Positions 1 to 11,209 of a stretch of 64,000 nt of DNA are shown in pieces. Each line of letters opens with the position of its first letter. The first letter of the stretch is position 1. The notes beneath the pieces are model-generated. The model saw only the letters and a list, made by a program, of their open reading frames with translations. It was not told where the DNA came from and did no database searches. Position numbers and translations under genes: made by a program. The stretch is from NCBI GenBank assembly GCA_963805085.1, contig CAWDTA010000005.1:32001-96000 (forward strand), read 5' to 3'. Source of the stretch: an uncultured Veillonellaceae bacterium. Its GTDB lineage: Bacteria; Bacillota; Negativicutes; JARBTT01.

Positions 1-328
1 CTTTAGTATTTAAAAGGAATGAATACATAACTGAGATACAATTTTTAGCAGATAAAGATACCAAAATAACATTTAAAAGATATAATTCTTTTCGAGAATC
101 TAGATTGTATGCATTTTTAAGTCCAATTATCAGGACGTCATCGCTAATGAATCCTTTTAGAAGTTTGGAAGGCTGAGGGACGGTAGGGTGTGTGAAATTC
201 GTAAAGGTACGCATGCAGCGCACAGTGTTTAAGTCTTTCCGTATGATTAAAGCGTTTCGCGATACATTAATTCGGTAGGAAACGATAATGAGTAATAGCC
301 CGGGAGAATACTGTAAATAGTAAAAGGC

Positions 329-368
329 AAACTCCTGCTAAATTTTGTATGAATTTGGCAGGAGTTTT
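329..368 (+). terminator. Intrinsic terminator-like hairpin; degenerate copies near 33205-33260 and 35027-35083
   Basis: aaactcctgctaaatt-ttgtatg-aatttggcaggagtttt inverted repeat. Confidence 0.6.
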
Positions 369-489
369 GAGCTTTTATGAGAATATGGAATTTTAATATG
401 AAAAAAACTAACAAGACAAAACTACTGTTCCTTAGTCCGACGCAAGAATAGGATGGACTTTGTTTAAAAGTATTTCAAGAGGAGATTAT

Positions 490-2298
490 ATGAGTTTTAA
501 TATCAAAAATGAAGTTTTAGAAGAGATAAGTAACTATTCTAAAATGGAGATGAAGCAAAAAAAGAGAGCAGATATGATTAGCAATGTAAGGCTTACGACC
601 ATTATTATTGGGCTAAGTCTGGTATTGTGGTTTTGGAAAAATAATCAATCGTTTAACAGTTCATTGACATTCATATCCACCTTTTTAATGTTTAGTTTAT
701 TTGTTAAAAAACATCAAAAATTAATTCGACAGTTAAAAAGAATAAGGTGTTTAATTGATATAAATCGGAACAATTTAGATAGAATAGGTGTCGGTTGGAG
801 TAATTTTAGTGATGATGGCAAAGAATTTATGAATTCAAAGCATTCATTTGCGAATGATTTAGATATCTTTGGCCCGAAATCATTATTTCAATGGATTAAT
901 ATCACCAATACATTTTATGGTAGGCAATTTCTTAGACAAATACTAGAAGAACCAGAAACTGATATCGAAAAAATAAAAATACGGCAAAATATAATCAGAA
1001 AACTAGCGAAAAAGAACGATTTCGTTCAGAGAATACAATGTGAAGGAATACTTGCAAAAGGAAGTGGGATCGATCCAAGTTCACTTGTGAACTATGCTAA
1101 AGATCCTAAATGTTTATTTAAAAAGAAATCGATAAAAGTAAGCTTAACATTAATTGCTGGAATAACCATTATGTCAATCATAGCAATTATATTAAATATT
1201 AACATTCCTATTTATGTACCAGTACTGTTGATATTAGTTCAAATGGCTATTACTTTGCTTGGATATTTAAAAACTTCATCCATATTAAATACGATTCATC
1301 AATTTAAAAAAAATATTAAGGCTTATGAAAAAATAATTAAAATAATTGAAGAAACAGAATTTGATAACTCAAAATTAACGCAAATGAAGCAGACTTTAAT
1401 ACTAAATAAAAATTCTGCATCAGCAGTTATGAAGAAATTAGAGTATATAGCTGAAGCGATTGATATGCGTTATAATTCCATAAGTTACATTATTTTAAAT
1501 TTTTTATTACTTTGGGATTATCATTGTGTTTTTGCCTTAGAAGAATGGAAAAAGAAATATGGAATTGAAATAGAAAAATGGTTTTATACAATTGGCTATT
1601 TTGAGGCTCTTTCAAGCTTATCAATGATTGCTCGATTAAATCCAGAGTGGAATTATCCAATTTTTATTGAGGATGGGATGATCTTTTCAGGAAAAGAGTT
1701 AGGACATCCTTTGATCTCAAAAGGACAACGTATTTGCAATGATATTGATATGAATAACGAAATATGTGTAATTACTGGATCAAATATGTCAGGGAAAACT
1801 ACAATGTTAAGAACGATCGGTATAAATCTTGTATTAGCTTATTCTGGTGCGCCAATTTGCGGAAGCACGTTAAAATGTTCAATTGTGGATATATTTACGT
1901 CAATGAGGATAAATGATGATTTAGGCAATGGAATATCAACTTTTTATGCAGAACTCTTAAGGATAAAAATAATGATTGATCATTTAAATAAAAAACGTAA
2001 AATGATTTTTTTGATTGATGAAATATTTAGAGGGACGAATTCAAATGATAGGATTACTGGAGCAATAAGTGTATTAAATAACCTTAATAAACCTTGGGTT
2101 ATTGGACTAATCTCCACACACGACTTTGAACTATGTAACTTAGCTGACGATCCTCATTTAAAGACTACAAATTATCATTTTAATGAAAGCTATGCAAATG
2201 ATGAGATACTTTTTGATTATAAAATGCGTCCTGGGCGGAGCAATAGTACAAATGCAAAGTACTTAATGAAGATGGTAGGAATTGATTTGATAGAGTGA
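490..2298 (+). CDS. MutS-related ATPase (MutS domain V with N-terminal TM segments)
   Basis: Walker A ITGSNMSGKTT, STFYAEL, Walker B FLIDEIFRGTN, STHDFEL; ATG 490 follows GGAG. Confidence 0.9.
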   Translation: MSFNIKNEVLEEISNYSKMEMKQKKRADMISNVRLTTIIIGLSLVLWFWKNNQSFNSSLTFISTFLMFSLFVKKHQKLIRQLKRIRCLIDINRNNLDRIGVGWSNFSDDGKEFMNSKHSFANDLDIFGPKSLFQWINITNTFYGRQFLRQILEEPETDIEKIKIRQNIIRKLAKKNDFVQRIQCEGILAKGSGIDPSSLVNYAKDPKCLFKKKSIKVSLTLIAGITIMSIIAIILNINIPIYVPVLLILVQMAITLLGYLKTSSILNTIHQFKKNIKAYEKIIKIIEETEFDNSKLTQMKQTLILNKNSASAVMKKLEYIAEAIDMRYNSISYIILNFLLLWDYHCVFALEEWKKKYGIEIEKWFYTIGYFEALSSLSMIARLNPEWNYPIFIEDGMIFSGKELGHPLISKGQRICNDIDMNNEICVITGSNMSGKTTMLRTIGINLVLAYSGAPICGSTLKCSIVDIFTSMRINDDLGNGISTFYAELLRIKIMIDHLNKKRKMIFLIDEIFRGTNSNDRITGAISVLNNLNKPWVIGLISTHDFELCNLADDPHLKTTNYHFNESYANDEILFDYKMRPGRSNSTNAKYLMKMVGIDLIE

Positions 2299-2364
2299 AG
2301 TTTTCTTAACAAAAAATTATAATAATCAATGATAATCAATGATAATAGGTTAGAGGTGGCATGA

Positions 2365-2991
2365 GTGAATAAGGATGAAACAAGAGAGTTTTATGATGCA
2401 ATGGCTGAAAAAATGGCTAAAGAATGGTATGAAAATGATATTTTAAATCCATCCCTTGTAGAATTCATTGGGGTATTTAAAAAGAAGAAACCTAAAATTC
2501 TAGATTTAGGATGTGGAACAGGTCACGAAAGTATGCGAATGGCAAAGCTAGGAGCAGCTGTTTTGGGAATAGATTTCAGCAAAGAAAATATTAAATTAGC
2601 AAACAAAACGTTTAAAGATGGTCAATTTAAGTTAATGGATTTTAGAAACATTGATTCTAATATTGGAATGTTTGACGGTGTATTGGCCTGTGCAGCATTA
2701 GTACATGTAAACAGCGCAGACCTACCGGATCTTTTAAAAAGAATAGCTAATATTCTAAATGACAATGGATATTTAGGAATTATCATCAGAGAAGGAACAG
2801 GTATTGATGAAGAATGGAGTAAAGTAAAACTTGATGAAAAAGAATTTATAAGACCGTTTTATTTACATGAAAAAAATAGTATTGATAAAATTTTATTTGA
2901 GCAAAACGTCTTTTTTTCAAAAGAGGGCTATTTAGCTGAAGACTTTATTAAATATCAATGGAAGTTTTATATATATCATAAACAGAGATGA
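2365..2991 (+). CDS. Class I SAM-dependent methyltransferase
   Basis: ILDLGCGTG motif I, GIDFS, FDGVLACAALVH. Confidence 0.9.
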   Translation: MNKDETREFYDAMAEKMAKEWYENDILNPSLVEFIGVFKKKKPKILDLGCGTGHESMRMAKLGAAVLGIDFSKENIKLANKTFKDGQFKLMDFRNIDSNIGMFDGVLACAALVHVNSADLPDLLKRIANILNDNGYLGIIIREGTGIDEEWSKVKLDEKEFIRPFYLHEKNSIDKILFEQNVFFSKEGYLAEDFIKYQWKFYIYHKQR

Positions 2992-3059
2992 GTATCACAA
3001 AAGCAAAATGAGACGGAAAAGGTGATTCTTTTTAGTGGAATTTTATCTTCTATTTTCAA

Positions 3060-3629
3060 TTGAAAGAAGTGATGAACTTTGCAATCAATAGTGAGTTCAT
3101 CTTGGAAAATATCTTTACGTTAGAACCCAATAAGTTTGAAAAGTGCGATGGAATTTGGATGAGTTTTACGATGGCGTATATGGAAAATCCCAATTTATTT
3201 ATTTCAAATTGGGTAAAGTCTTTAAATTGTAATGGATGGTTTGCTATTGCAGATATTGATGGATTATTTTCTAATCATTTACATAAAAATAGTAAGTATT
3301 TTAATGACATTGAATTGTTTGAAAAAGAATCGGAGTTGAGTTGTTATGACTTCAGAATCGGAAGAAAAATAAGAAACATAATGAAAGACAATGGAATGGA
3401 AATAATAGCTGCTGAAGATGATTGATATGATAGAGAATTAAATTTTAATGGAAAGGCTTCCCCGGATATACTAGAAGCGTGGAGAAGTAGATTAGACTGA
3501 ATGATAAAGTTAAAACAATTTCTTGGGTCAAACTACATTGAATTTAGTAAAGAATTTCTAACGTCAATTCTAGATGAAAAACATAGATCAAATGGTGGAG
3601 TAAAGTTTTATGTAGGTATAAAAAAATAG
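3060..3629 (+). pseudogene. Degraded methyltransferase-like gene, 5'-truncated with two in-frame TGA stops
   Basis: Frame continues past TGA 3423 and TGA 3498 to TAG 3627 (…EDD*YDRELNF…SRLD*MIKLKQF…VGIKK*); KCDGIWMSF…GWFAIAD resembles a methyltransferase core. Confidence 0.6.
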
Positions 3630-3630
3630 T

Positions 3631-3656
3631 AGACAAAGTGACGGTTCTTCTTGTCT
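3631..3656 (+). repeat. Best-preserved copy of a junction palindrome (REP-like site)
   Basis: agacaa-agtgacggttcttc-ttgtct immediately after a stop codon; related copies listed in findings. Confidence 0.6.
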
Positions 3657-3859
3657 GAAAATTAAATGAGCATGATAATCTGAGAGAAAAAGAAGCGGAT
3701 TATCATGCCAAGACAGCAATGAGATATAAGTAATACTGGGGATTATTTTACAAAAAATAACTAAAATGCTTCCTGATTTTAGGTAATTATGATAAGCTAA
3801 TAGGAGAAGTTTGCATGTAAATACTATTAATAATACAAAAGGAAAAAGGAGCGTGAGTT

Positions 3860-4990
3860 ATGCAGACATTTAAAGATTTACAAAAAAAAATACTGGAAGC
3901 ATCAGCGTCAGACCACGAAAGTGAGACTTCTCTAAAAAACCTATTCGAGGATTTTGATAAAAGCGAATTAAATTGTCTTTTCACTCCCGAAATCCACCCG
4001 GTCTTCTGGAATTTGGAAGCCTGCGTGAACAGAGCAAATGAGAACGATTTGAAAATTTCCAAAGATGTGCTGGCTTGTATGGAATCGTTGCATGGCAAAA
4101 AAAAGCTGGCTTATGCACTCATTGCCCCGGCCTTTATCGGTCAATTTAGCGATCAAGTCACCCCGGGGATGCTTCGCAACGCTTTTAAACAAATGGGCTT
4201 TGACGGCATGGTCGAGGTTGCTGTTTTTGCTGACATTCTAACGCTGAAAGAAGCGCTGGAATTTGATCAAAACATTATTTCAGAAAAAGATTACCAGTTA
4301 ACGAGCTGCTGCTGTCCGATGTGGATTGCAATGATTCGCAAAGTATACAGCGACTTGATGCCTCACGTACCAGCAACCGTATCACCGATGATCGCGGCAG
4401 GACGTACAGTAAAAATCCTTCATCCAGATGCCGTCACAGTTTTCATTGGTCCCTGCGTCGCAAAGAAAGCAGAAGCAAAAGAGGCTGACCTACAGGGAGC
4501 CATCGATCATGTACTGACATTTCAGGAAACCAAGGAGTTATTTGATCTGCTTAAAGTGGATTTAACACTTTTTGCCGCCAACGAAAAAGAAAATTCTTCC
4601 AAAGCCGGACGAATTTACGCCCGGGTGGGCGGTGTCAGTGAAGCCGTAAAAGATACAGTCGAGCGCCTAAATCCAAACAGAAAAATTGCTATCAAAACAC
4701 GTCAAGCCGATGGTGTGCCAGATTGCAAAGCCATGATTAACGAGTTAATAGCCGGTCAGATAACAGACAACTTTTTTGAAGGCATGGGCTGCATAGGCGG
4801 CTGTGTCGGTGGACCCAAATCCATTCTTGACAGAGATACCGCAAAAGAGAACATCAATACTTATGGTGGAAAAGCCCTCTATCCAACTCCGATTGACAAT
4901 CCTTACGTAATTGAACTACTGCACCGACTTGGTTTTGATACACCAGAAAGCCTGATTGAGGATAATAAGTTTTTTACCCGGAAATTTTAA
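3860..4990 (+). CDS. [FeFe]-hydrogenase large-subunit (H-cluster) domain protein
   Basis: TSCCCPMW, GPCVAKKAE, EGMGCIGGCVGGP H-cluster-type motifs; visibly more GC-rich than its flanks. Confidence 0.85.
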   Translation: MQTFKDLQKKILEASASDHESETSLKNLFEDFDKSELNCLFTPEIHPVFWNLEACVNRANENDLKISKDVLACMESLHGKKKLAYALIAPAFIGQFSDQVTPGMLRNAFKQMGFDGMVEVAVFADILTLKEALEFDQNIISEKDYQLTSCCCPMWIAMIRKVYSDLMPHVPATVSPMIAAGRTVKILHPDAVTVFIGPCVAKKAEAKEADLQGAIDHVLTFQETKELFDLLKVDLTLFAANEKENSSKAGRIYARVGGVSEAVKDTVERLNPNRKIAIKTRQADGVPDCKAMINELIAGQITDNFFEGMGCIGGCVGGPKSILDRDTAKENINTYGGKALYPTPIDNPYVIELLHRLGFDTPESLIEDNKFFTRKF

Positions 4991-5055
4991 AAATCTACTG
5001 CACGCCACTCCTTTGTCTTTTAAAAGTGAACGACAAAAGACAAAGTGACGGTTTG

Positions 5056-5261
5056 GAAGTTGCGTTATATAATCTTTCCCTGGTTGGTCATCTCACTGAA
5101 ATAGCTGACGACATTTCATTAGAAGAGTATATAGACATTACCTATGCGAAATTAGACACGGAATTATTAGAGATGGGAATCAAACCTAGGAGACTGGTTT
5201 GTTTAAAGTTCGATTTGAAATATATCATAGACAGAGGCTCGACTAGCAGCTAGTTGAGCCT
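5056..5261 (+). repeat. Repeat R copy 1: 3' relic of an unknown gene plus hairpin
   Basis: Near-identical to 22099-22325; partial copies at 10697-10798 and 12887-12962. Confidence 0.85.
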
Positions 5262-5262
5262 T

Positions 5263-5317
5263 TAAAAAAGTTCTTGCTAAGTTTACATTACTATGTAATT
5301 TAGCAAGAACTTTTTTT
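5263..5317. terminator. Bidirectional terminator
   Basis: aaaaaagttcttgctaagtttacat…atgtaatttagcaagaactttttttt. Confidence 0.75.
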
Positions 5318-5482
5318 ATTAATCAATGTTAAACATAACAATTAAAATCACACTTGTTTGTATAGCTCTTAAAATCGACTAACTTCACCGTTTTGTTATT
5401 TTAAGCGGCTACTATAATGGAAGCATATCAATGCCACCGATATCCCTTGGATTAAAATAAAAAAATTTTTTTACAATAAATA

Positions 5483-5516
5483 GTTGTTTTTTTCCATTGC
5501 TAATGAATGTATATAA
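5483..5516 (+). promoter_or_regulatory. Shared promoter-like motif (GAATGTATATAA) upstream of GH62
   Basis: Same 12-mer at 10951, 13148, 20909, 42267. Confidence 0.55.
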
Positions 5517-5599
5517 ATAGAGCCGATATACAGGTTGTTGTAAATGGAAATCACCAGTACATCGGACTATTCAAAATTATTTTTAAGGGGGAATTGTTT

Positions 5600-6529
5600 A
5601 TGAGTACGAGTACAACGTCTAATTTCACGGCGAATTCGTCGCCAACCTGGCATGTTGATGCCAGATGTTTCTTTAGAGAGCGCGGGGTGTCTGGCGCATT
5701 TGATCAAGTCGCCGTCAAAGATCCCAGTATTGTTTACTCTGGCGGGCTATATCATCTCTTCTATACCGGTGCTACCAGTGCTGGTGCCTGGCAGATGGGA
5801 TATGCCTCCGCTGCGACTATCTCGGGATTAAGTAGCGCCAAGCATGTGTTTCTTAGCAAGCTTAGTGAAAGCTATTTTTGTGCTCCCGAAGTATTTTATT
5901 ATCAACCACAAAGTAAATGGTACATGATTTACCAAGACGGTAAAATCGGCGCGGCTTACGCTACCACGACCAATATCGCCGATCCTACCTCTTGGTCCGG
6001 GCCGCATTCACTAGGTGTTTCAGGAAATACAGGGTGGGATTATTATGTTATTTGTGATGACAAATATGCCTACCTTTTCAATACACCATCGGATGATTCC
6101 AAAAAAATCTATTGCCGTAAAACAACTTTGGCTAACTTTCCGAACGGTTGGGGCACGCCTTGGGTTGCGGTTTCCAACGCTTATGAAGGAGCATGCGTTT
6201 ATAAATGTCTGTCGGACAGCCAATATTATTTGCTGGTTGAAAATTATGGGGATAATCGGTTTTACGAATTGTGGACGTCCGGCAGCTTAAGCGGCACTTG
6301 GACCCAAGTCGCCAATAAATGGGCATCCCAACACAATTTGAGTTTCAATTCGGATCACTGGACGGATAATGTTTCCCACGGCGAATTGCTTCGCGCTGGA
6401 ACGAATCAAAAATTAGAGATCAGCAATATTAATCGCGTGGACTTCCTCATACAAGGCGTAGTTAACGGCAACTATGGTGAGTATGTGAACACTCCCTGGG
6501 ATCTGGGCGTCATCCACAATTATAAATAA
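5600..6529 (+). CDS. GH62-family alpha-L-arabinofuranosidase, no signal peptide
   Basis: AVKDPSIV, YFCAPEVFY, YEGACVYK, VSHGELLR motifs; ATG 5600 after GGGGGA. Confidence 0.85.
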   Translation: MSTSTTSNFTANSSPTWHVDARCFFRERGVSGAFDQVAVKDPSIVYSGGLYHLFYTGATSAGAWQMGYASAATISGLSSAKHVFLSKLSESYFCAPEVFYYQPQSKWYMIYQDGKIGAAYATTTNIADPTSWSGPHSLGVSGNTGWDYYVICDDKYAYLFNTPSDDSKKIYCRKTTLANFPNGWGTPWVAVSNAYEGACVYKCLSDSQYYLLVENYGDNRFYELWTSGSLSGTWTQVANKWASQHNLSFNSDHWTDNVSHGELLRAGTNQKLEISNINRVDFLIQGVVNGNYGEYVNTPWDLGVIHNYK

Positions 6530-6682
6530 TATATCTTACACTATACAATTATCGGAAGAGTCGTACCGATAGAGAATAGTAGGAGTGAATCCGATATACG
6601 GGAAATACACAATTAAGGTAAATAGAAGAGTTCTTTGGGTATATCGGTTTTAAAAAGTATTAAAAATTGAGGAGAAAATCTG

Positions 6683-6714
6683 ATGGGAACAGATGCCAAT
6701 ATAAATTTGACGTC
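6683..6714 (+). pseudogene. Scar of a deleted GH30 gene (module A)
   Basis: GAGGAG RBS + ATG + gatgccaatataaatttgacgtc matching 13596-13618, joined to the sequence that follows GH30 at ~14793. Confidence 0.75.
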
Positions 6715-6770
6715 CCTAAGAAATCGTAAACAGCTTGAATATTGTTACCGATATGAAAGAGGTGAAACTT

Positions 6771-7550
6771 ATGACTATTAAATTAGAAAAGAAATCAAGC
6801 TCTTCAGTCAACGAATTAATGATTAATTCAGCCGCTGAAGTAGAAAATGCTAACGTTTCAGAATCTATTGCCTTGTCAGCAAATAGTAGTTATAAAATTC
6901 CTGTTTTGTGTTATCACACCATTGTTACAACTACAACAGGAACTTACCAAACAGGCTTGACAAGTTTTAAAGAACAAATGGCTTACCTTTATAGCAATAA
7001 CTATACCACACTTTCTCTTGAACAATTCCGAAAAATAATTAACTCCGAGACCACCGTTCCTAGCAAACCAATATTATTGACCTTTGATGATTGTTACTCT
7101 GATTTTTATAGCATTGTATACCCAATATTAAAAAAATATGGCATGAAAGCGACTCAATTTGCGGTAAGTAACTGGGTTGGCGCTTCCGGTCGAATGACAA
7201 AGTCCCAGATTAATGAAATAGCGCAAAATAATATTGATGTTCAAAATCATACTGATAATCATTCATATCTTACTCAACAAACCTATGCCCAACAATACGC
7301 CGCTATCAATAACGCTGCAGTCGCAATTAAATCACTCACAGGTAAATCTGTTACCGCTTTGGCTTACCCTTACGGTGCTTATGATAACAACTCATTAACG
7401 GTTTTGGCAAACTTAAGCTATACAATGGGGTTTACTGTTAGCTCCGGATTGTGTACAAGTTCCAATACAAAATACAAATTGCCGCGGATTTGTATGATTG
7501 ATACCGATACATTAACTACTTTTAAAAGAAAAATTACCAACGGATATTAA
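6771..7550 (+). CDS. Polysaccharide deacetylase (CE4), possible acetylxylan esterase
   Basis: IPVLCYH, LTFDD, NHTDNH, AYPYG motifs. Confidence 0.85.
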   Translation: MTIKLEKKSSSSVNELMINSAAEVENANVSESIALSANSSYKIPVLCYHTIVTTTTGTYQTGLTSFKEQMAYLYSNNYTTLSLEQFRKIINSETTVPSKPILLTFDDCYSDFYSIVYPILKKYGMKATQFAVSNWVGASGRMTKSQINEIAQNNIDVQNHTDNHSYLTQQTYAQQYAAINNAAVAIKSLTGKSVTALAYPYGAYDNNSLTVLANLSYTMGFTVSSGLCTSSNTKYKLPRICMIDTDTLTTFKRKITNGY

Positions 7551-7801
7551 TCGCACAACAGGTGCTAGCATCGTAATAATCGCTTCGTATTCTTCAGAAC
7601 GAATCTATAATTTCACATCATTAAGGGCTGTTTTATTTCCACTGCTATACACCCGCCATGTTCACGGGATATGACACAGAATAAGTTATGTACTGCAAGG
7701 AGAAAAAACGACAAAAATGAGAGGGAGAGATTTATAGAAGGCAATATTCAAGTAGTATGTGGGTAATTAGTGACAAATAAAAATATATTAGGAGGTAAAT
7801 C

Positions 7802-8443
7802 ATGTTTAAGTTAAATAAGAAAATCTTGATGGTAGTTATTGCAATTTCAATGGGTTTTACCAGCTTGTTTACAGGAACATCATATGCAGCAACAACAGAC
7901 TACTGGCAAAATTGGACCGATGGTGGTGGGACAGTAAATGCTACCAATGGATCTGGTGGCAATTACAGTGTTTCATGGTCAAATTGCGGGAATTTTGTTG
8001 TCGGTAAAGGCTGGAATGTCGGATCACCATCTAGGGTAATAAACTACAATGCTGGCGCCTTTTCGCCGTCCGGCAATGGGTATTTGGCTCTCTATGGGTG
8101 GACGAGAAACTCACTCATAGAATACTACGTTGTTGATAGCTGGGGTACTTATAGACCTACTGGAACTTATAAGGGCACTGTGACTAGTGATGGGGGGACA
8201 TATGACATATATACGACTACACGAACTAACGCACCTTCCATTGACGGAACTGCAACTTTTACCCAGTTCTGGAGTGTAAGACAGTCGAAGAGACCGACCG
8301 GTACCACCAACACCATTACTTTTAGCAACCACGTTAACGCATGGAAGAGTAAAGGGATGAATCTGGGAAGTAGCTGGTCTTACCAGATATTAGCGACAGA
8401 GGGATATCAAAGTAGTGGGTACTCTAATGTAACGGTCTGGTAA
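7802..8443 (+). CDS. xynA: GH11 endo-1,4-beta-xylanase with Sec signal peptide
   Basis: Closely resembles Bacillus XynA ([30 protein letters not shown]). Confidence 0.95.
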   Translation: MFKLNKKILMVVIAISMGFTSLFTGTSYAATTDYWQNWTDGGGTVNATNGSGGNYSVSWSNCGNFVVGKGWNVGSPSRVINYNAGAFSPSGNGYLALYGWTRNSLIEYYVVDSWGTYRPTGTYKGTVTSDGGTYDIYTTTRTNAPSIDGTATFTQFWSVRQSKRPTGTTNTITFSNHVNAWKSKGMNLGSSWSYQILATEGYQSSGYSNVTVW

Positions 8444-8640
8444 CAGGTCACCCGCAAACAGGGCGCCTGACCGTTATCGGAATATTGATTACTGGCAGTT
8501 TACAGCAAATAGTACCTTAAGTTAAAAAATGATTTAAAATCCATAGTAAACAACCTATTATCCCAAAATAAGAAGTAATAGACTTGATTACTAATAGTAG
8601 TAATCAAATCAATAAAAAAATGTAACGGAGGTTTATAAAC

Positions 8641-9534
8641 ATGTTAAATACGAGTAAAAGTAAGACTAAATGGATTGGAAATATATGGTATGATGGGAGT
8701 ACACCTACTCACTTTGCTGACTATTGGAACCAAATAACCCCTGAAAATGCCACTAAGTGGGCGTCATGTGAACCACAGCAGAGTGTATACAATTTCAATA
8801 CAGCCAAAACAATGTACAATTACTGTAAGTCCAATGGAATGCCTTTCAAGTTCCATACATTAATCTGGGGAGGACAGTATCCAGATTGGGTAAACAATCT
8901 CTCCTCCGCAAATAGAAAAATAGAAGTTGAAAATTGGATTAAAAACGCTGGATCAAACTTTCCTAAGGCAGAGTTTGTTGATGTTGTAAACGAAGCTATG
9001 ACAGGGCATAATCCACCTAGCTGGAAAAATGACATCGGTGGTGACAACGGTCTTTATGGCACTGGTTGGGATTGGATAGTGTGGTCATTTGAAAAAGCCC
9101 GCAAATATTTCCCGAATTCTAAGTTATTGATCAATGACTATAACGTTCTTTCAGATTACAGCAGTTGTATTGATACCTATATCACTGTAATCAAAATATT
9201 GAAATCTAGAGGACTGATTGATGGTATCGGCTGTCAATCTCACGGTCTCGAAAATGTAAATGTCGCAAATGTTAAGTCAAAACTGGATAGACTTGCAGCT
9301 ACAGGGTTATCAGTGTATATTTCAGAATTAGATCTCAATATCGCAGATGATACTACCCAGAAAAATAAGATGCAGGAACTTTTCCCTGTACTCTATGAAC
9401 ATTCTGCAGTAAAAGGTGTTACCTTATGGGGTTATGTACAAGGCCATACATGGGTTACAAATAGTTATCTGTTGCGTAGTAACGGTACAGAAAGGCCTGC
9501 TCTTACTTGGTTGAAGCAGTATAATAAAAGCTAA
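8641..9534 (+). CDS. GH10 endo-xylanase, no signal peptide
   Basis: TPENATKW, FHTLIWG, DVVNEA (acid/base), ISELD (nucleophile). Confidence 0.92.
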   Translation: MLNTSKSKTKWIGNIWYDGSTPTHFADYWNQITPENATKWASCEPQQSVYNFNTAKTMYNYCKSNGMPFKFHTLIWGGQYPDWVNNLSSANRKIEVENWIKNAGSNFPKAEFVDVVNEAMTGHNPPSWKNDIGGDNGLYGTGWDWIVWSFEKARKYFPNSKLLINDYNVLSDYSSCIDTYITVIKILKSRGLIDGIGCQSHGLENVNVANVKSKLDRLAATGLSVYISELDLNIADDTTQKNKMQELFPVLYEHSAVKGVTLWGYVQGHTWVTNSYLLRSNGTERPALTWLKQYNKS

Positions 9535-9992
9535 TGCATGAGGATAAAAGTGACAGGAAGAGACGTTTCTTTTTTTGATACATATTACCATGAAAGAAGA
9601 TTTGCAGCTGCCTACGAATTAGGAAATATAAAAGCATTTAGCAAAACGAAAAAACTATCTGATTTCGGATTTTTATTTGCTCTTCAATCATTTGTATGTA
9701 TTGATTGATTTTAGCCGCTTGCCAATTAGGTGGGCGGCTTTATTTAGTGACAAGAGGTGATAAAATATGAGTATAATAGAATGAGTTATAGAGAAGTACA
9801 TAAAAAATACTGATGCAGAAATAAATTTTTTCATGGGATAAAAAGTATAGGACAAGTATCTAAGGATCATAAGGAATTTGAAAAGAGCTGTGAATATCTT
9901 ATTTCAATTATTTCTTTAAGTGGAGAGTATCACTAACTGGATAATAAGGGATGTTTTTTTTACAAGATAACCATGTTATGAAAGGATATTTT

Positions 9993-10568
9993 ATGAGCAA
10001 AGAGTTAGCAGAAATGACAAATGAGGAACTTTGGCAGTTATTTCCGATTATTTTAAGTGAACACAACCCTGTTTGGAAAGAAAAATATTTAGAAGAAAAA
10101 GCCTTGTTAGAAAATGTTGTGGGTAAAGAAAATATAGTTAGAGTGAACCATTATGGCAGTACTTCTGTTCCTAACTTAATTGCAAAACCTACAGTTGATA
10201 TTTTACTCGAAATAAAAGAAAACTGTGATATTGAAAAGTTGATTAAAGCTATGACTTCAAAAGGCTACATATACTGTGAGCAACCGGATAATCCTGCTCC
10301 GCACATGATGTTTATGAAAGGGTATACACTGCAAGGTTTTCAAGGACAAGCTTTCCATGTTCATGTAAGGTATCGCGGAGATTGGGATGAACTTTATTTT
10401 CGGGATTATTTAATAGAGCATTCTGAAATTGCCGATAAATATGGCAGGCTTAAAATGGAATTAGGCAAAGAATACGAGCATGATCGAGATGGTTATACGC
10501 AGTCAAAAACTGATTTTATTAAAATGATGACCAAATTAGCACGAGAAGAAATTGGCAGGAAGTACTAA
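9993..10568 (+). CDS. GrpB/UPF0157 family protein
   Basis: HYGSTSVPNLIAKPTVDI, FRDYL, YTQSKTDFI. Confidence 0.9.
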   Translation: MSKELAEMTNEELWQLFPIILSEHNPVWKEKYLEEKALLENVVGKENIVRVNHYGSTSVPNLIAKPTVDILLEIKENCDIEKLIKAMTSKGYIYCEQPDNPAPHMMFMKGYTLQGFQGQAFHVHVRYRGDWDELYFRDYLIEHSEIADKYGRLKMELGKEYEHDRDGYTQSKTDFIKMMTKLAREEIGRKY

Positions 10569-10696
10569 GAATAAATCTGATTAAGTAAAACCAATTTGAG
10601 CTGTCCCCTTGTTTCCTAGTAGGCCAAAACAGGCTAAAGGTCTCATGGAATATAACAATAAAATGTACAATTATTCTTTTGTAGAATGAAATGGAG

Positions 10697-10798
10697 TTAT
10701 TATTAGAGATGGGAATCAAACCTAGGAGGCTGGATTATTTAAAGTTAGATTGGAAATATTTAACAGAAAAAGGCTCAACTAGCTGCTAGTTGAGCCTT
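10697..10798 (+). repeat. Repeat R copy 2 (3' half plus hairpin)
   Basis: ttattagagatgggaatcaaacctaggagg…aggctcaactagctgctagttgagcct. Confidence 0.85.
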
Positions 10799-10930
10799 AA
10801 AGATTTGTTATACCATAAAATAAAAATATTCGATTTCTAAAACCTGTTAAGAAAAGCGTTGATTTTCCATAGCAGGTTTTGATGCCTCTAAATAAAAGTA
10901 TAAAATGAGTAAGAATTTTTTGCTTTATCG

Positions 10931-10962
10931 TTTAAAAATCCAAGTTAAAAGAATGTATATAA
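10931..10962 (+). promoter_or_regulatory. TTTAAAAA-N12-GAATGTATATAA motif
   Basis: Same spacing as at 20889 and 42247. Confidence 0.6.
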
Positions 10963-11209
10963 GTGAGAGCTGATACCCGGGACAAATATAATAATTAAAT
11001 AAAAGGTCTTCGGCTATATTAGTTTTCCAAAATTTACATTAATTTTATGGAGGAATTTGCATGGCTTACAACTCAAGGATCGACCTATTCTAAAACAATG
11101 GGATCGGCTGGCGGCGGAGCAACAACAATATGTCGCCATACTATGCATTAGCTTACATTATGTGTAAGTGCATAGAAATATGAATATTATAATTAAGGAG
11201 GCTTTTAAA

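Noticed and set aside
2321-2346. ataatcaatg tandem repeat as Fur box or CRISPR
   Set aside because: Only ~2.5 units of a 10-mer, no spacers, not palindromic
3423-3500. Two in-frame TGA codons as selenocysteine or recoding
   Set aside because: Contexts fit TGG>TGA and CGA>TGA nonsense changes; gene is also 5'-truncated and other genes use TGA as stop
5026-5253. 75-aa ORF as a gene
   Set aside because: Chimera of a junction site and the repeat R relic; no RBS
5500-5529. GCCGATAT as sigma-28 promoter for GH62 (also 13165)
   Set aside because: No TAAA -35 element at the required spacing
9688-9870. Minus-strand 60-aa ORF conserved at 20660-20842
   Set aside because: Conservation is explained by the segmental duplication; no RBS or recognisable features
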